Below are positions 24,251 through 36,797 of a stretch of DNA of 64,000 nt, one piece after another. Below the pieces are notes generated by a model that saw nothing but the letters and a program-made list of their open reading frames with translations, was not told the origin of the DNA and ran no database searches. The first letter of the stretch is position 1; each line of letters starts with the position of its first letter. Source of the DNA: Adineta vaga (Eukaryota; Animalia; Rotifera); assembly GCA_021613535.1 (NCBI GenBank), contig CP075495.1, positions 15,066,001-15,130,000 on the forward strand, given 5' to 3'. The translations under genes were made by a program, and so were the position numbers.

Positions 24251-24607
24251 AAACTAAGAAAATAATGAAGTTGCTTCATGTTTAGGATATTTATGTTTGT
24301 CTGGTAAAGCGAAAGCCTTTGAATTGGATTTTTTCCCTGACTAACTTCCTTTATGATGTATAATTTATTGTTTTTCCAATTTCCTACCTATCAATGTCCA
24401 TCTTCCCAAATATTTACTACCTGTATACTTTCTACCGTCTCCAAACAAATGAATTTTTTCATAGGATAATAAGCTTCTTTCTCGTTTCTAGTCAAATATA
24501 TTTATTTGTTGCTTTTTTTTTCTTTTCTGTTATTCTTAGTCAAACACGTATTTTTTATCTTTTCTCTATAACAAATAAATGTAATCATTACACGTGTAGA
24601 AATTAAA

Positions 24608-25711
24608 ATGGCAAGTAAACGTTTAGATTTATCTGCATTACATCGTCGTTTTGTATCTCTTGCACTTTCATGTGTTCATCGTGAATATCCAAATAAAATC
24701 GCTCATGTTTTAACATCTGATGCCGATATTCAAGCACCTCGTCAATTAACACCTGCATTTTATGGTTGTTTTGATTGGCATTCAGCGGTTCATGGTCATT
24801 GGTTATTAGCTCGTCTTGCACGTATTGATTCAAATCTAACAGATGAATGTTGTCAAGCACTTCGACAAAGTTTAACAAAAGAAAATCTTGATAATGAAGT
24901 GAAATATATTGATAATAATCAACGACAAGCGTTTGAAAGACCATATGGATTAGCATGGTTATTGCAATTAACAATGGAATTAGATGAATGGTCAAAAGAA
25001 GAAAATCATCAAGTATCTTTTTTCAGTTTTCCTTTAGCAATGAAATATGGATTTTGTTCTCTTTTATAGATTTTAAAAGAAGTTAAACAATGGCGTGAAA
25101 ATCTTCGTACATTAGAAGAACTTGTTGTGAAACGATTATCGTTATGGCTTCCAAAATTATCCTATCCTGTTCGTAGTGGTGAACATAGTCAAACAGCTTT
25201 TGCTCTAGGTCTTTCATTGGACTATGCTCGTCATGTAAACAATGACATATTTGCACAACTTATTGAACAACAATCATTACGATTTTTTACTCAAGATAAA
25301 TTCTATCCATTTAATTATGAACCATCGGGAGAAGATTTTCTATCGGCTGGATTGGCTGAAGCTGATTTGATGCGTCGTGTAATGAAGAGAAATTCTGAAA
25401 GATTTCTTCAATGGTTTAAAGAATTTTTACCTGAAAATAATTTACCAATAAATCTCGAACCACCTTCTATAGCTGATCCAACTGATCCAAAATTGATTCA
25501 TTTAGCTGGTCTATGTCTTAGTCGAGCATGGATGTTAGAAGGTATTATTCAAATGTTACCAGAAAACAGTGAACAACGAAATCAATTGAAAGATTTAAGT
25601 CAAAGAAATGCTCAAGCTGGTTTAACAGCAATTGATGAAAGTCATTATGAAGGTGGACATTGGCTCGGAACATTTGCTGTGTATTTGATAACACGACGAG
25701 GGATTAATTGA
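24608..25711 (+). CDS. DUF2891 family protein, copy B (intact; bacterial-type gene with one intron, 25013-25069)
   Basis: Exons 24608-25012 and 25070-25711 join in frame across a GT..AG intron. Ends HYEGGHWLGTFAVYL, typical of the family. Confidence 0.9.
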
Positions 25712-25989
25712 GATGAAATCCGTTATAAGAAGAAGAAGAAAAAAAAATGATTGTCTGATTTTTAATCTATCTATCGATGTGTAAAAGTAGTAAAATGCGT
25801 GATTGTTAAATAACACATTAAACCTTTGAATTTCGTTCTTAGAAATCATCGAGAATATTCTAAGACGGATTATCTGTTAAAAACTGCTTAGATTTAGATA
25901 AAGACAGTATTTCAAGATCGAAACATGTATTCATATATAACAGATACTGATCATTCATTTCATCTTCATTATTTTTCTACGGAAAGAAA

Positions 25990-27245
25990 ATGTCGTTTAA
26001 TAATTCATCACTCATTGATATACCTTCCGATGATTCATTATTTTCGGGTCGTCCAACACCAATTGATTGTCGCACTGTACGAATTATTGGCATATTCTTA
26101 TGTCTCACTTCATTTGTTGGTATTTTTCTAAATAGTTCTCTTTTGATTAGTTTTTCTCGACATAAAGAATTACGTACACCACAAAATATATTTATTATAT
26201 TTACAGCAATAGTTGGTCTCATTGCTTCTTGCATTAATCTTCCTGCATCAGGTTCATCATCAGTTTTTTGCTATTGGTTATATGGTCGAGTTGGATGTCA
26301 GTTAGAAGGTTTAATTGCATTTCTATACGGATGTTCAAGTTGTTATCTACTCTGTACCGTTAGTCTTAGTCGATGTTATATCATCATTCGACCATTCAAT
26401 GCGAAAGATGTGACAGTAAGTTTAAAATAGTTTTATAATTATATATCAAGAAAAAATATTTTAATCATTGTTAGGTTATGAAATGTGTTTTCATTTCATG
26501 TATAGCTGTGTTAGTTGCACTTCTTTGGACAATATTACCATTAGTTGGATGGAATGAATATACTTTAGAAGTTTGTATAAAACTTTCTTGTCTTTAATTT
26601 AATCAATGAAATATATTTATAGAGATCTCTTACATCCTGTTGTACAAATTTGTATGATCGTCGTCGATCATTTGTAGCATTCAATCTATTTATATTTGTC
26701 GTTGTATATTGTGTACCATTGATTATTTTAATCACAACAAATTCAATTATTTATACGGGACTTAAACGTATGCGTGAGAAAATTGCGCATGGAGTTAAAG
26801 CAGAATTGAGTCAAAGAAGAGTTGAAATGGAACGACGTATTTTTAAGAGTAAATTTCTTTTTTTCTTTTTGAAAAAAGATTTAATGAAAGATATCAATTT
26901 GATCTTTTAGGTATTGTTATGACAATTTTTGGTTTTATTTTTACTTGGACACCATATGCAATAACATTTTTTATATCTGCATTTGGTAGAAATAATTATG
27001 ATGTTCCACCAATGGCAACATTTATTTGTGCTTGTTTTGCAAAAACATCTGTAGTTTGGATTCCAATACTTTATATGAGTACATCAAAACAATTTCGACT
27101 TAGTTTAGTTGATAAAGGTACACTTGAGAAACTCGGTGGAACAAATTCAGCTGCTGGAGAAGTCGCAAATCTTGCCGTTATTTCTCGTAACGTAGACAAA
27201 GCAGTGGTACATATTAAACAAGAAATTTCAAATAAGGATGAATAA
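25990..27245 (+). CDS. Opsin (7TM, retinal-binding Lys in TM7)
   Basis: Exons 25990-26415, 26475-26570, 26623-26848, 26911-27245. Motifs LRTPQN, GCQLEG, GWNEYTLE, WTPYA and FAKTS...SKQFR. Confidence 0.88.
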
Positions 27246-27410
27246 ATCAAAAAACCCCTCTCTCCCTTAAATGTATAGTTGTACCTTTGCTTTGTATATT
27301 GTTTGTTTATATTGTAAAGTAGAGATTAGTTATTAGAAGTTCTAAGAAAAAAAAAGGATGAAATTATCAATTTAAAGTCTAGAAGATATTGATTTGTCAA
27401 TTGATGAGAT

Positions 27411-27847
27411 TTATGTTGGCTAGAAAAAAGTGAATCGATTTGATAAGATTAAATATTTTTCTGAAGAAAGAATCTTACAGTAAAATTCATAATAACATGA
27501 AGTTCACCATGATTCGATAGACCAAGATGAGCAGGTAATTTAACCCAATCATCAAATTTTCCATCATCAAAAACATTTTTAAGTTTTACCTTTCCACTTC
27601 CAATAGCATCTCGATCAGCAACATCAGAATCATAAACATCAAAATGGATGGTATCATCATCGGAATGAATATTAAATGTAAAACGTTCATTCCATACAGG
27701 ATCGTTTGTATTTTGAAGTGTTGTTGTACGTTGTTTATATTTCTTTTGAGTATAAATTTCAACAAATGGATCACTTTGTCCAACAGTATCTTTATCCTTA
27801 AAACGACGACCTTCAACAATAATCACTTCAAGCGTTCCGGTAGGCAT
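27411..27847 (-). CDS. Single C2-domain protein
   Basis: GTLEVIIVEG..DKDTVGQSDPFV..TNDPVWNERFTF..VYDSD..DAIG with the Ca-binding Asp residues retained; tiny last exon 27411-27419. Confidence 0.88.
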
Positions 27848-28314
27848 TGTATAGTCAATGAAGCGAAAAAGTAAATGACTTGTTTGAAAATATCGATGAA
27901 TATACAATGATTTTTCTTTTACCTTGAAACGATAAGAAAAACGTATTTTTCCTCATTCATTCGTATGAGATCAAAATACGATTAACTCAAAAAACAACAC
28001 TTGTGCAACAAACACGTGAATTGTAACATATTTATCCTAACTATAATATATAATTTTCAAAGATTATAATAATTCTTAATTCTATTGAACTCATACAAGA
28101 AACAAGTATAAATTATCAAAATTTAATTGAATAAAATGTATTGAGATATCGACGAGCATAGCTCTCTACTTCATCACTTTTTTTCGTTCTGTTGACATGT
28201 CTACATGACAGACGTGCACGTCCGTTGTTTTTTCTCGTTCTACACGTAAATCAGTTATAGAAGGAAATTTTCTTTTTCTCTTCTGTTCTCCATTATCTGC
28301 GTTGATACCACAGA

Positions 28315-28364
28315 CTTCTCGAACGTTCCAGAAAATTCTTCTTTCTTTTTGAAATTTATATAAA
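28315..28364 (+). promoter_or_regulatory. Five-unit heat shock element plus TATA box
   Basis: cTTCtcGAAcgTTCcaGAAaaTTCt (28315-28339) followed by TATATAAA (28357-28364), upstream of Hsp104. Confidence 0.9.
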
Positions 28365-28615
28365 TATACTTTTGATCGTCAGCTGGAAATCAATTGTTCA
28401 TATAACTGTGTACAAACGCCCTCCACTTCACTTTAATTTATTCTCTGTAAGTATCAGAAAGCAAATGATTCTTTTTCTTGACACTAAAACCTATTCTAGC
28501 GTCATCTTGTCTATAAGACTAGGATCCAATAATATATTTTCTTTCTATACTCGATAACGATAAGAACATATATTTATTTTTATCTTTATTCATTTCTTTT
28601 AGTAATTAACAAATA

Positions 28616-31600
28616 ATGTCTTATTCTCCAGAAGACTTTACTGATCAAAGCAATAAAGCAATATCATTAGCATTGGAATATGCTCAAGAACAAAAACATA
28701 TTGAACTTGTACCATTACATTTAGCACATGTACTTGTCGAAGATGAACAAGGTTTAGCAAGACAATTAATAAAAAAAGCTGAATTTAATGTACAAGAAGT
28801 CATCGATGCAATCGATATCAAATTACGAAAATTATCGAAACAAGATCCACCACCAAGCAAACTTTATCCGAATGCATCATTTATGAATGTATTAAAACAA
28901 GCAAAAAAGTTATCGAAATCACAAAAAGATTCTCATACAGCAATTGATCATATTTTGGTTGCTTTATATGAAGATTCTGATGCAACATCAGCATTTGTTT
29001 CAGTTGGATTAAGTAAAAAACGTATGGAAGAAGTTGTAAAACAAATTCGACAAAATAAAAATGTGACATCAGCTAAAGCTGAACAAACCTATCAAGCATT
29101 GGAAAAATATGGTCATGATTTAGTTGCTGATGCTGAATCAGGAAAATTAGATCCAGTTATTGGTCGTGATCAAGAAATTCGACGTTGTATTCAAGTTTTA
29201 TCACGACGAACAAAAAATAATCCTGTTCTCATTGGTGAACCTGTAAGATTTTAATGAAAAAAATTTGAAAAGAAAATTTCAGCTTTGATTTCTAATAGGG
29301 TGTGGGTAAAACAGCTATTGTTGAAGGTCTAGCTCAACGTATTGTTCATCAAGATGTTCCAGATACATTACCACGACGTTTAATTGCATTAGATATGGGT
29401 GCTTTAGTTGGTAAGATTTAAGAAGGAGAAAAAGAAAACAAAACAAATTGATTTTAATGATTTTTTTTTCTTTTCAGCTGGTGCAAGTCATCGTGGTGAA
29501 TTTGAAGAACGTTTGAAATCAGTTTTGAAAGAAATTGAAAGTTCAAATGGTGGAATTATTTTATTTATTGATGAAATACATTTAGTGCTTGGTGCTGGAA
29601 AAGCTGAAGGTGCCATGGATGCTGCTAATCTATTAAAACCAATGTTAGGTAAGTTATGATGAATTATTTTCATTGAAATATTTCTATTTTTGTTTTATTA
29701 AGCTCGTGGTGAACTTCGTTGTATTGGTGCAACAACTTTAGATGAATATAGAAAATATATTGAAAAAGATCCAGCATTTGAACGACGTTTTCAACAAGTT
29801 ATGGTTAAAGAACCAAATGTTGCTGATTGTGTTTCAATTTTACGTGGTCTTAAAGATCGTTATGAATCACATTTTGGTGGTATGTTCTATTACATTCTCA
29901 TTTCTTTCATATTCTTTTCTCTTTTACTAGTTCGAATTCTCGATTCATCTTTGGTCATTGCTGCACAATTATCGAATCGTTATATTACCAATCGATTTCT
30001 TCCGGATAAAGCTATTGGTAAGAAAATGCACTGGAAAATCAACTTTTTAATCATATTTTTTCTTCTTCTTGTTCAATAGATTTAATTGATGAAGCATGTG
30101 CAAGTATTCGTGTTCAATTGGATAGTCAACCGGAAATTATTGATCAATTAGAACGTCGTGAATTACAATTAGATGTTGAAGCAACAGCTTTATCTCAAGA
30201 AAAAGATGACGCATCAAAACAACGTTTGAAACAAGTTAAAGAAGAATTAGCTAAAATTCGTGAAGAATTAAAACCATTGAAATTGCGACATCGAGCAGAA
30301 AAAGAACGTGTTGATGAATTGAGAAAATTGAAACAAAAGATGGAAAATCTTCAAGTTAAAATGGCACAAGCTGAACGAGAGAAAAATTTGGCGTTAGTTG
30401 CTGATATGAAATATGGAGCTATTCCTGATCTTGAAAAGAAAATTGCTGAAACAGAACATCGTATTACAGAAGAAAATAAACAACAACAAGATCGATTATT
30501 AACTGAAGTTGTCGGACCAAATGCCATTGCTGAAATAGTCAGTCGTTGGACAGGTATTCCTGTATCGAAATTATCTCAAACAGAACGTGAACGTTTATTA
30601 AAATTAAGTGAACATTTACATAAGAAAGTTGTTGGTCAAGATGATGCTGTTGATAGTGTATCTGAAGCTGTACTTCGAAGCCGTGCTGGTCTTTCAAGAG
30701 AAAATCAACCGATTGGTTCATTCTTATTTTTGGGTCCAACAGGTGTTGGTAAAACTGAATTAGCAAAAACATTAGCTTTAGAATTATTTGATTCAGTTAA
30801 ATCAATGGTTCGAATTGATATGAGTGAATATACAGAATCACATTCAGTTGCTCGATTAATTGGTGCACCACCAGGTAAGTTATTTATGATTTGTATTCAT
30901 GTTCTAAAAATGTTTTGTTTAGGTTATGTTGGTTTCGAACAAGGTGGTCAATTAACTGAAGCAGTTCGACGACAACCTTATGCAGTTATTTTGTTTGATG
31001 AAGTTGAAAAAGCTCATCCACAAATTTGGAATACGTTATTACAAGTTTTGGATGATGGTCGTTTAACTGTAAGTTTTTTCGTAAGGAAAAAAAAAGTTAA
31101 AGTTATTTTGATGAATCAATATTTAGGATGGCAAAGGACGAACTGTTGATTTTACAAATACAATTATTGTATTAACATCAAATATTGGTGCACAATATAT
31201 TTTAGAAGAAGTCGAACATCCTACAAAGACTTCTGATGGAAAATTATCTCAAGCAATTAAAGATCGTGTTATGAAAGAAGTTCGTCTTCATTTTCGACCA
31301 GAATTTTTAAATCGTTTGGATGATATTGTCTTCTTTCAACCATTGAATGTCAATCAATTATCATCAATTGTTCATCTTCAATTAAAATCATTAGAAGAAC
31401 GTTTGAAAGAACAAGATATCGAAATTAGTTTAACTGATCGAGCAATTCAATCAACACTCAAGAAATCTTATAATCCAGGTATGTTAAAGAATATTCTTGA
31501 TTTTTTATTCATAGTTAGATTTTACAGAAGACAAAACAAACATTTATTTCTTTCCCAATGGAATATTTATACCAAGACCGATATCATAGTTTGGATTTGG

Positions 31601-32644
31601 TGCATTAATTTGTCCCTAATTGAGAAAGAGCAGATGTGTTTTTTCTAGATAGTTTGTATGAAAAAGAAGAGACTTACATTATTAGAACTCAAACTTGCAT
31701 CGACAGTTCCACCAAGACCAACTGAAGGTTTATCAGAACCTCCATTGTAGATTGGAATACCAACATTTGCATGTCCATTAACATCATAAGTATTTAGATT
31801 ACTGAGACCAGCACTGCCTTCTATATCTGATGTCCACTAGAATGCAAACATGAAAGTTAGAAAAATGAGTAGATCAATATGTATTTAAATACTTGTCCCG
31901 ATTGAGCAGCAGCAAGAGCTAATTGTGATGCAAGTTGTTGTTGAGATAGTTGAAAAGTTATTGGAAAAGCTTCTACTACCATACCGAACATTAATACATA
32001 CAAACAGAGGGTAGATCCTAAGGAATGCATAGTGGATATAATGTTCGGTCGATAATAAATGTTTTATGAATATTGATCATCGATATTTATAGGAGAAAAC
32101 ATCGAGTAACTTAATATTGATTTGGATCCAAAATGTAAATATTTTTTATCAATATAACACCTTCAAAATCAATTTAAAATACAAATATTTATATAAATTG
32201 TTTTTGAATTAATAATTTCTTTGATTTTAGTTTATGGTGCTCGTCCATTGAAACGTTATCTTGAAAAATATATTACAACTGAATTATCAAAATTATTAAT
32301 TCAAACGAAACTTGCACCACATAGTCATGTTACAATTGATACAGATACGAATGATCAATTTCAATTTCATATTAAACAATTACAAAGAACAACATCGAAT
32401 TCACCAACAAAACCAGCATATAATCGTAAGTCTTTCAAATGATCGAATGAGTTTAATTTAGATCGATTTTTCTAATAAGTTAGGTCGTCGAACATATGAA
32501 GGTTTAGACGAAGAGCCAATGATGGATGTCGATGAAGATGAAGATTATGATAATAATAATCAATTTAGTGGTTATGACAACAATATGAATCCATCATCAG
32601 GAATTTCAAAACGAATGAAACAATCACCAAGAACATACAAATGA
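28616..32644 (+). CDS. HSP104: Hsp104/Hsp101/ClpB disaggregase (cytosolic type), multi-exon
   Basis: Clp-N domain; [10 protein letters not shown]; Walker A GEPGVGKT and GPTGVGKT; FIDEIH; coiled-coil M domain; [10 protein letters not shown]; YGARPL. Short GT-AG introns plus one long intron (31479-32230). Confidence 0.95.
31544..32030 (-). CDS. Nested 122-aa secreted Gly-rich protein (not in ORF track)
   Basis: Exons 32030-31893, 31836-31678 and 31615-31544 with phase-0 GT-AG introns give an open frame with a signal peptide and a stop. Confidence 0.82.
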
Positions 32645-33889
32645 TGAATGATTTTTCGTGCAATAAAATTGACATTATAATCTGGAAGGAATTTTCTTTC
32701 ATTTAGCGTATTTTATTTTTAAGCTTAGTTATGTAGTATCTCGTGTGTTATTTTCTTTTCTCTTGTTAATAAACATTCTTTAACTCATTTAAATATCGAA
32801 TGAAGAGTTGTTCGTAAGCACAATCAGAACAAAAATAATGAGAAGATGAAGATTAATGAATCGTTTGACTGCTATTCGACAGATGATGATGAGCACGACT
32901 AAATAAGATACTTTGGAATTACTTATCTTCATTATGATGAAAAATTAAAGTGATAATAACTACAATATAGTTTCCTCTTTTATGATTTTCTTCTAACGAT
33001 GAACACGGAAAAGCGACGATCTGCAGAAGAAGCCCAAAACTTAATTGCTGCACTGGCGATTAATATCGCCGCATGGGATGACCAAGAGATGGACGAAGAT
33101 GAAGAGAAAAAGTGAATAATTTTTCGAACAGTCAGCGAAGTCGACACAAGATACGCATATATATATGACTCCATCTTTCTTTTCTAGATAAGTATGTGCA
33201 AAAACACCGAACTTATTAATCAGATATCTGTTGATATCACAACAACAAATACGACGAATAATGTAAGTTCCTTACATAGTTATCCCATATCAATAATTCA
33301 TGTGTGAAGGTGCGCAGGAATTAACATGAAGCTTTCTTCTATCAGATCCATGAATGCTTATTAATTATTACTTTTAGACATCATCGAACGAACAAAAACT
33401 ACTTCGTATTATGAATCAACAAGAATTAACAGATTATTTTCAACAAAAACTTATGATCGAATGACTCCATCGAGATGTAGAAGTTGCTGAAAAGAATTTA
33501 ATTGTTGGTCAAATGAACTTTCACAAAAAGATAAAGGAAATTCTATATAAACATTTGGAAAAAGTCATGCTACATTATGAACTGTGGAATAACTTTCTTC
33601 TCTTTTTCTTCATATCAAATATATGCTTTGTCCAAATTAAGTTTTTTGCGATATACAATTTTCACACAGAAAAAGAGCTCACATGATTAGAACTAAAACT
33701 TACATTAATAATACTATCTATACCACCTAATGATTTATCAAAATCTCTATTGTACATTGAAATACCAATCTTTACATACGCCCTCATATAATAGTAGTTG
33801 AGACTATTAAGAACAGTAGTCGATATACTATATCAGATGTTCACTAAAAGAAAAAATATATAGATCAAGAAGATGATTAGATCAATATG

Positions 33890-34250
33890 TTACAACTGAA
33901 TTATCAAAATCATTAATTCAAACAAAACTTGCACCACATAGTCATGTTACGATTGATACAGATGCAAATGATGTATTTCAATTTCATATTAAACAATTAC
34001 AAAGAACAACATCGAATTCACCAACAAAACCAGCATATAATCGTAAGTCATCTTAATCATCAAACCAAATTCATTTAATTTTTTTTTGCTAGGTCGTCGA
34101 ACATATGAAGGTTTAGATGAAGAACCAATGATGGATGTCGATGAAGATGAAGATTATGATAGCAATCAATTTACTGGATATGACAATAATATGAGTCCAG
34201 CATCGGGAATTTCAAAACGAATGAAACAATCACCAAGAACACGCAAATGA
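33890..34250 (+). repeat. Duplicate of Hsp104 3' exons
   Basis: [19 protein letters not shown]..., intron, then an intact last exon [20 protein letters not shown]...PRTRK*. Confidence 0.88.
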
Positions 34251-34954
34251 TGAATTATTTCTCATGCAATAAAATTGACATTTAAACCCTGAAAAGGTCT
34301 AATTTTTATTCCATATTTATTTTCAAGCATTTTTATATAGTATACCGTGTGTATGTTTTCTTGATAATAAACAAAATATACATTAGAATCTTTTCTTTGA
34401 ATGATGTCATATCGAATGTAGACCTAGTAGAAAGTATAATCAAAATAAATATGCGATTTATTGTTGAATAAAAACGATGAGCATAAACAAGCATATTACA
34501 AAAGGTTTTTTGCAAATGTATATTTGATTAGTAATCGGATGTCTGTAGATTTCCTTGCGATCGAAACCTCTTGAGGGAGGGGGTGACAGCATTTTTCGAA
34601 TAGCCGAACGAAATGGGAAAAGAATAAATAGACGAATTAGATTCATTGATCCCATTCGATTTTTTGCAGTCTGTTCGGATCTCCATCTCTTGTCTTTTGA
34701 GCTTTTAGATTAGTCAACATGAGAAAAACACGGGTAGCGAAGCAGGAAGCGCAAAATAACATGGCTGCGCTTACAATCACGCTGTGTAAGTTAACTTCGT
34801 ACGATATCCAATCTAAACTACGTGTTATCGTTTTAGCAAGTGAAAGTGAACGCTCGGATACAACAGTTTCCAAAAAACGGATTTCGACGGATCCGACAGG
34901 TGGCCACAAGACCACAATAAAATATAGCTTAAAAGAACGCTCATAAAATTTGCA

Positions 34955-35080
34955 GCTTCCGACGGAAATTCTACTGACGGAATCCAATACAGATCCGTCA
35001 CCAGGAATCCGATAGGATTTTGTCGGAACGTTGGATCCTATAGGATCCTATCGAATCCAATATCGGATTCGTCGACCTGG
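34955..35080. mobile_element. MITE remnant ending TCGACCTGGG
   Basis: Same 3' terminus as 54492-54815; palindromic GGATCC/TCCGA-rich interior. Confidence 0.55.
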
Positions 35081-35699
35081 GTTATCGCTCCAAGACATCA
35101 AAAGCTGCATAGTTGAAAACTCGAATACTCGATTTATAAGTTGAATAGTTGAAGAGGAACTTTAAGACTCGAATCGCGTTAACGATTTCTACACTACTCA
35201 ACTTATTGCTATAGAAAAAACAGTGGCGGAGAAAAATGCGGCAATTGCAGAGAAAAACCTACAAGCTGCTGAAACAAATTTATACAAAATCATCAACGAT
35301 TTTCTCTTTCAACGTGTAAATGGAGATGATTCTATTGACTTAACTACGATCATGTAGAATTTTTTTTTGTTTCTCACATTATGTTGTTTGACAGATATTC
35401 TGTATTTGAAACGAATATATTAAAACGAAAATTTCCATTGAATATATCTATTTATTATCATAGTAGATGTGACTGAATACAAGTGAAGAATAGATCTCAG
35501 CGTATTTTGATTGATAGCAGATGTTGCATAAAGATTGATAAACAATATTTATGAGAGAAATCAATGAGTATATTAAAAATTGATTTCGTACAAAAATAAA
35601 TCTTTTTTTTTATAAATATAACACATTGAAAATCAATTTAAAATATTAATTCAAATATTTGAATATGTCGCTAAATGAGTCAATAATATTCTTTCTTAG

Positions 35700-35860
35700 A
35701 TCGTCGAACAGATGAAGGTTTAGATGAACAATCAATGATAGATGTCGATGAAGATGAAGATTATGATAATAATAATCAATTTAGTGGTTATGACAACAAT
35801 ATGAATTCATCATCAGGAATTTCAAAACGAATGAAACAGTCACCAAGAACATACAAATGA
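35700..35860 (+). repeat. Further duplicate of the Hsp104 last exon
   Basis: Acceptor TTCTTAG retained; open frame to PRTYK*; followed by AATAAA. Confidence 0.88.
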
Positions 35861-36003
35861 TGAATGATTTATCTCTCATACAATAAAATAAAATTGACAT
35901 TAGATTTACTTTTTTTTTATTTCATATTTAATTTTCAAAATAAGTGTTGAAGTGAGTCTTTTCTCTATTGTTAATAAATATCCTTCCGAATTATGCATAT
36001 ATA

Positions 36004-36387
36004 TCAGCCACATTCGGAACAGTAATATGAACAACAAGAATAATTTCGATAAGACGGGGATCGATATAAACAGCAACAACAACAATTTCGTACATCATTG
36101 TAGCATGAACATGAGGAATAATTTAAAGATTCAGAAGAAGGTGATTCAAAAAGATCTGTTGAAGAAGGATAATCACAACGACAAACAGTACGTTGTCGAC
36201 TACAATCTGCACAGAGATGTTCATAACGAGCATAATAAGGACAATCAGCAATAATACCATCACATCGAACACAAATTGGGATACGAATATCTACAAAAGA
36301 TTGTGAACCACAAGATCTGCATACATTTGTACCATGATTAAGTAATGGATTGATATACCATTGTGGTAATGTCGATCGATAAGTCAT
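36004..36387 (-). CDS. Small Cys/Tyr-rich protein (putative metal-binding)
   Basis: 127 aa with CRSC, CVRC, CADC, CRC, CCCCC and CSECG. Confidence 0.65.
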   Translation of the reverse strand: MTYRSTLPQWYINPLLNHGTNVCRSCGSQSFVDIRIPICVRCDGIIADCPYYARYEHLCADCSRQRTVCRCDYPSSTDLFESPSSESLNYSSCSCYNDVRNCCCCCLYRSPSYRNYSCCSYYCSECG

Positions 36388-36797
36388 ACTTAACTAAAGA
36401 AAAGGTTATTTAAGCAAGATAGATTTCTAAAAGGAATAAAATAACATCATTAAATATTTCTAAAAGTAACAACAAGAAAAAAAAATCCGTCGTAAAAAGT
36501 GGCTATTGGTTGCAATGACAAAGATTCCAATCAGATTTCTTCTCTTTCAGTTTATTAATGCAGAAGCCAACAGAAAGCCTGAGTTTCATTTCTTTTTTTC
36601 TTCTCTTTATTATTCATCTATCTCAATAGTTGATTGTATATCGGCTAATAAAGTGCGAATATTTCTGACGATTCATAAAAAAATAAACGTTTATAAGTTT
36701 TGTCAAAAGAAAAAAAACTTAAAAATACATCTCTTGTCTAAAATATAAGCAGAAAAAAAGAACACAATCAAAGGAAATCATAATAATGAAGTCATTG

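Noticed and set aside
29297-29306. GGGTGTGGGT telomere-like string
   Set aside because: It is the GVG codons of the Hsp104 Walker A motif.
32999-33590. Possible small spliced gene, with a weakly similar segment near 35190-35360
   Set aside because: In-frame stops and no recognisable domain; a model could not be supported.
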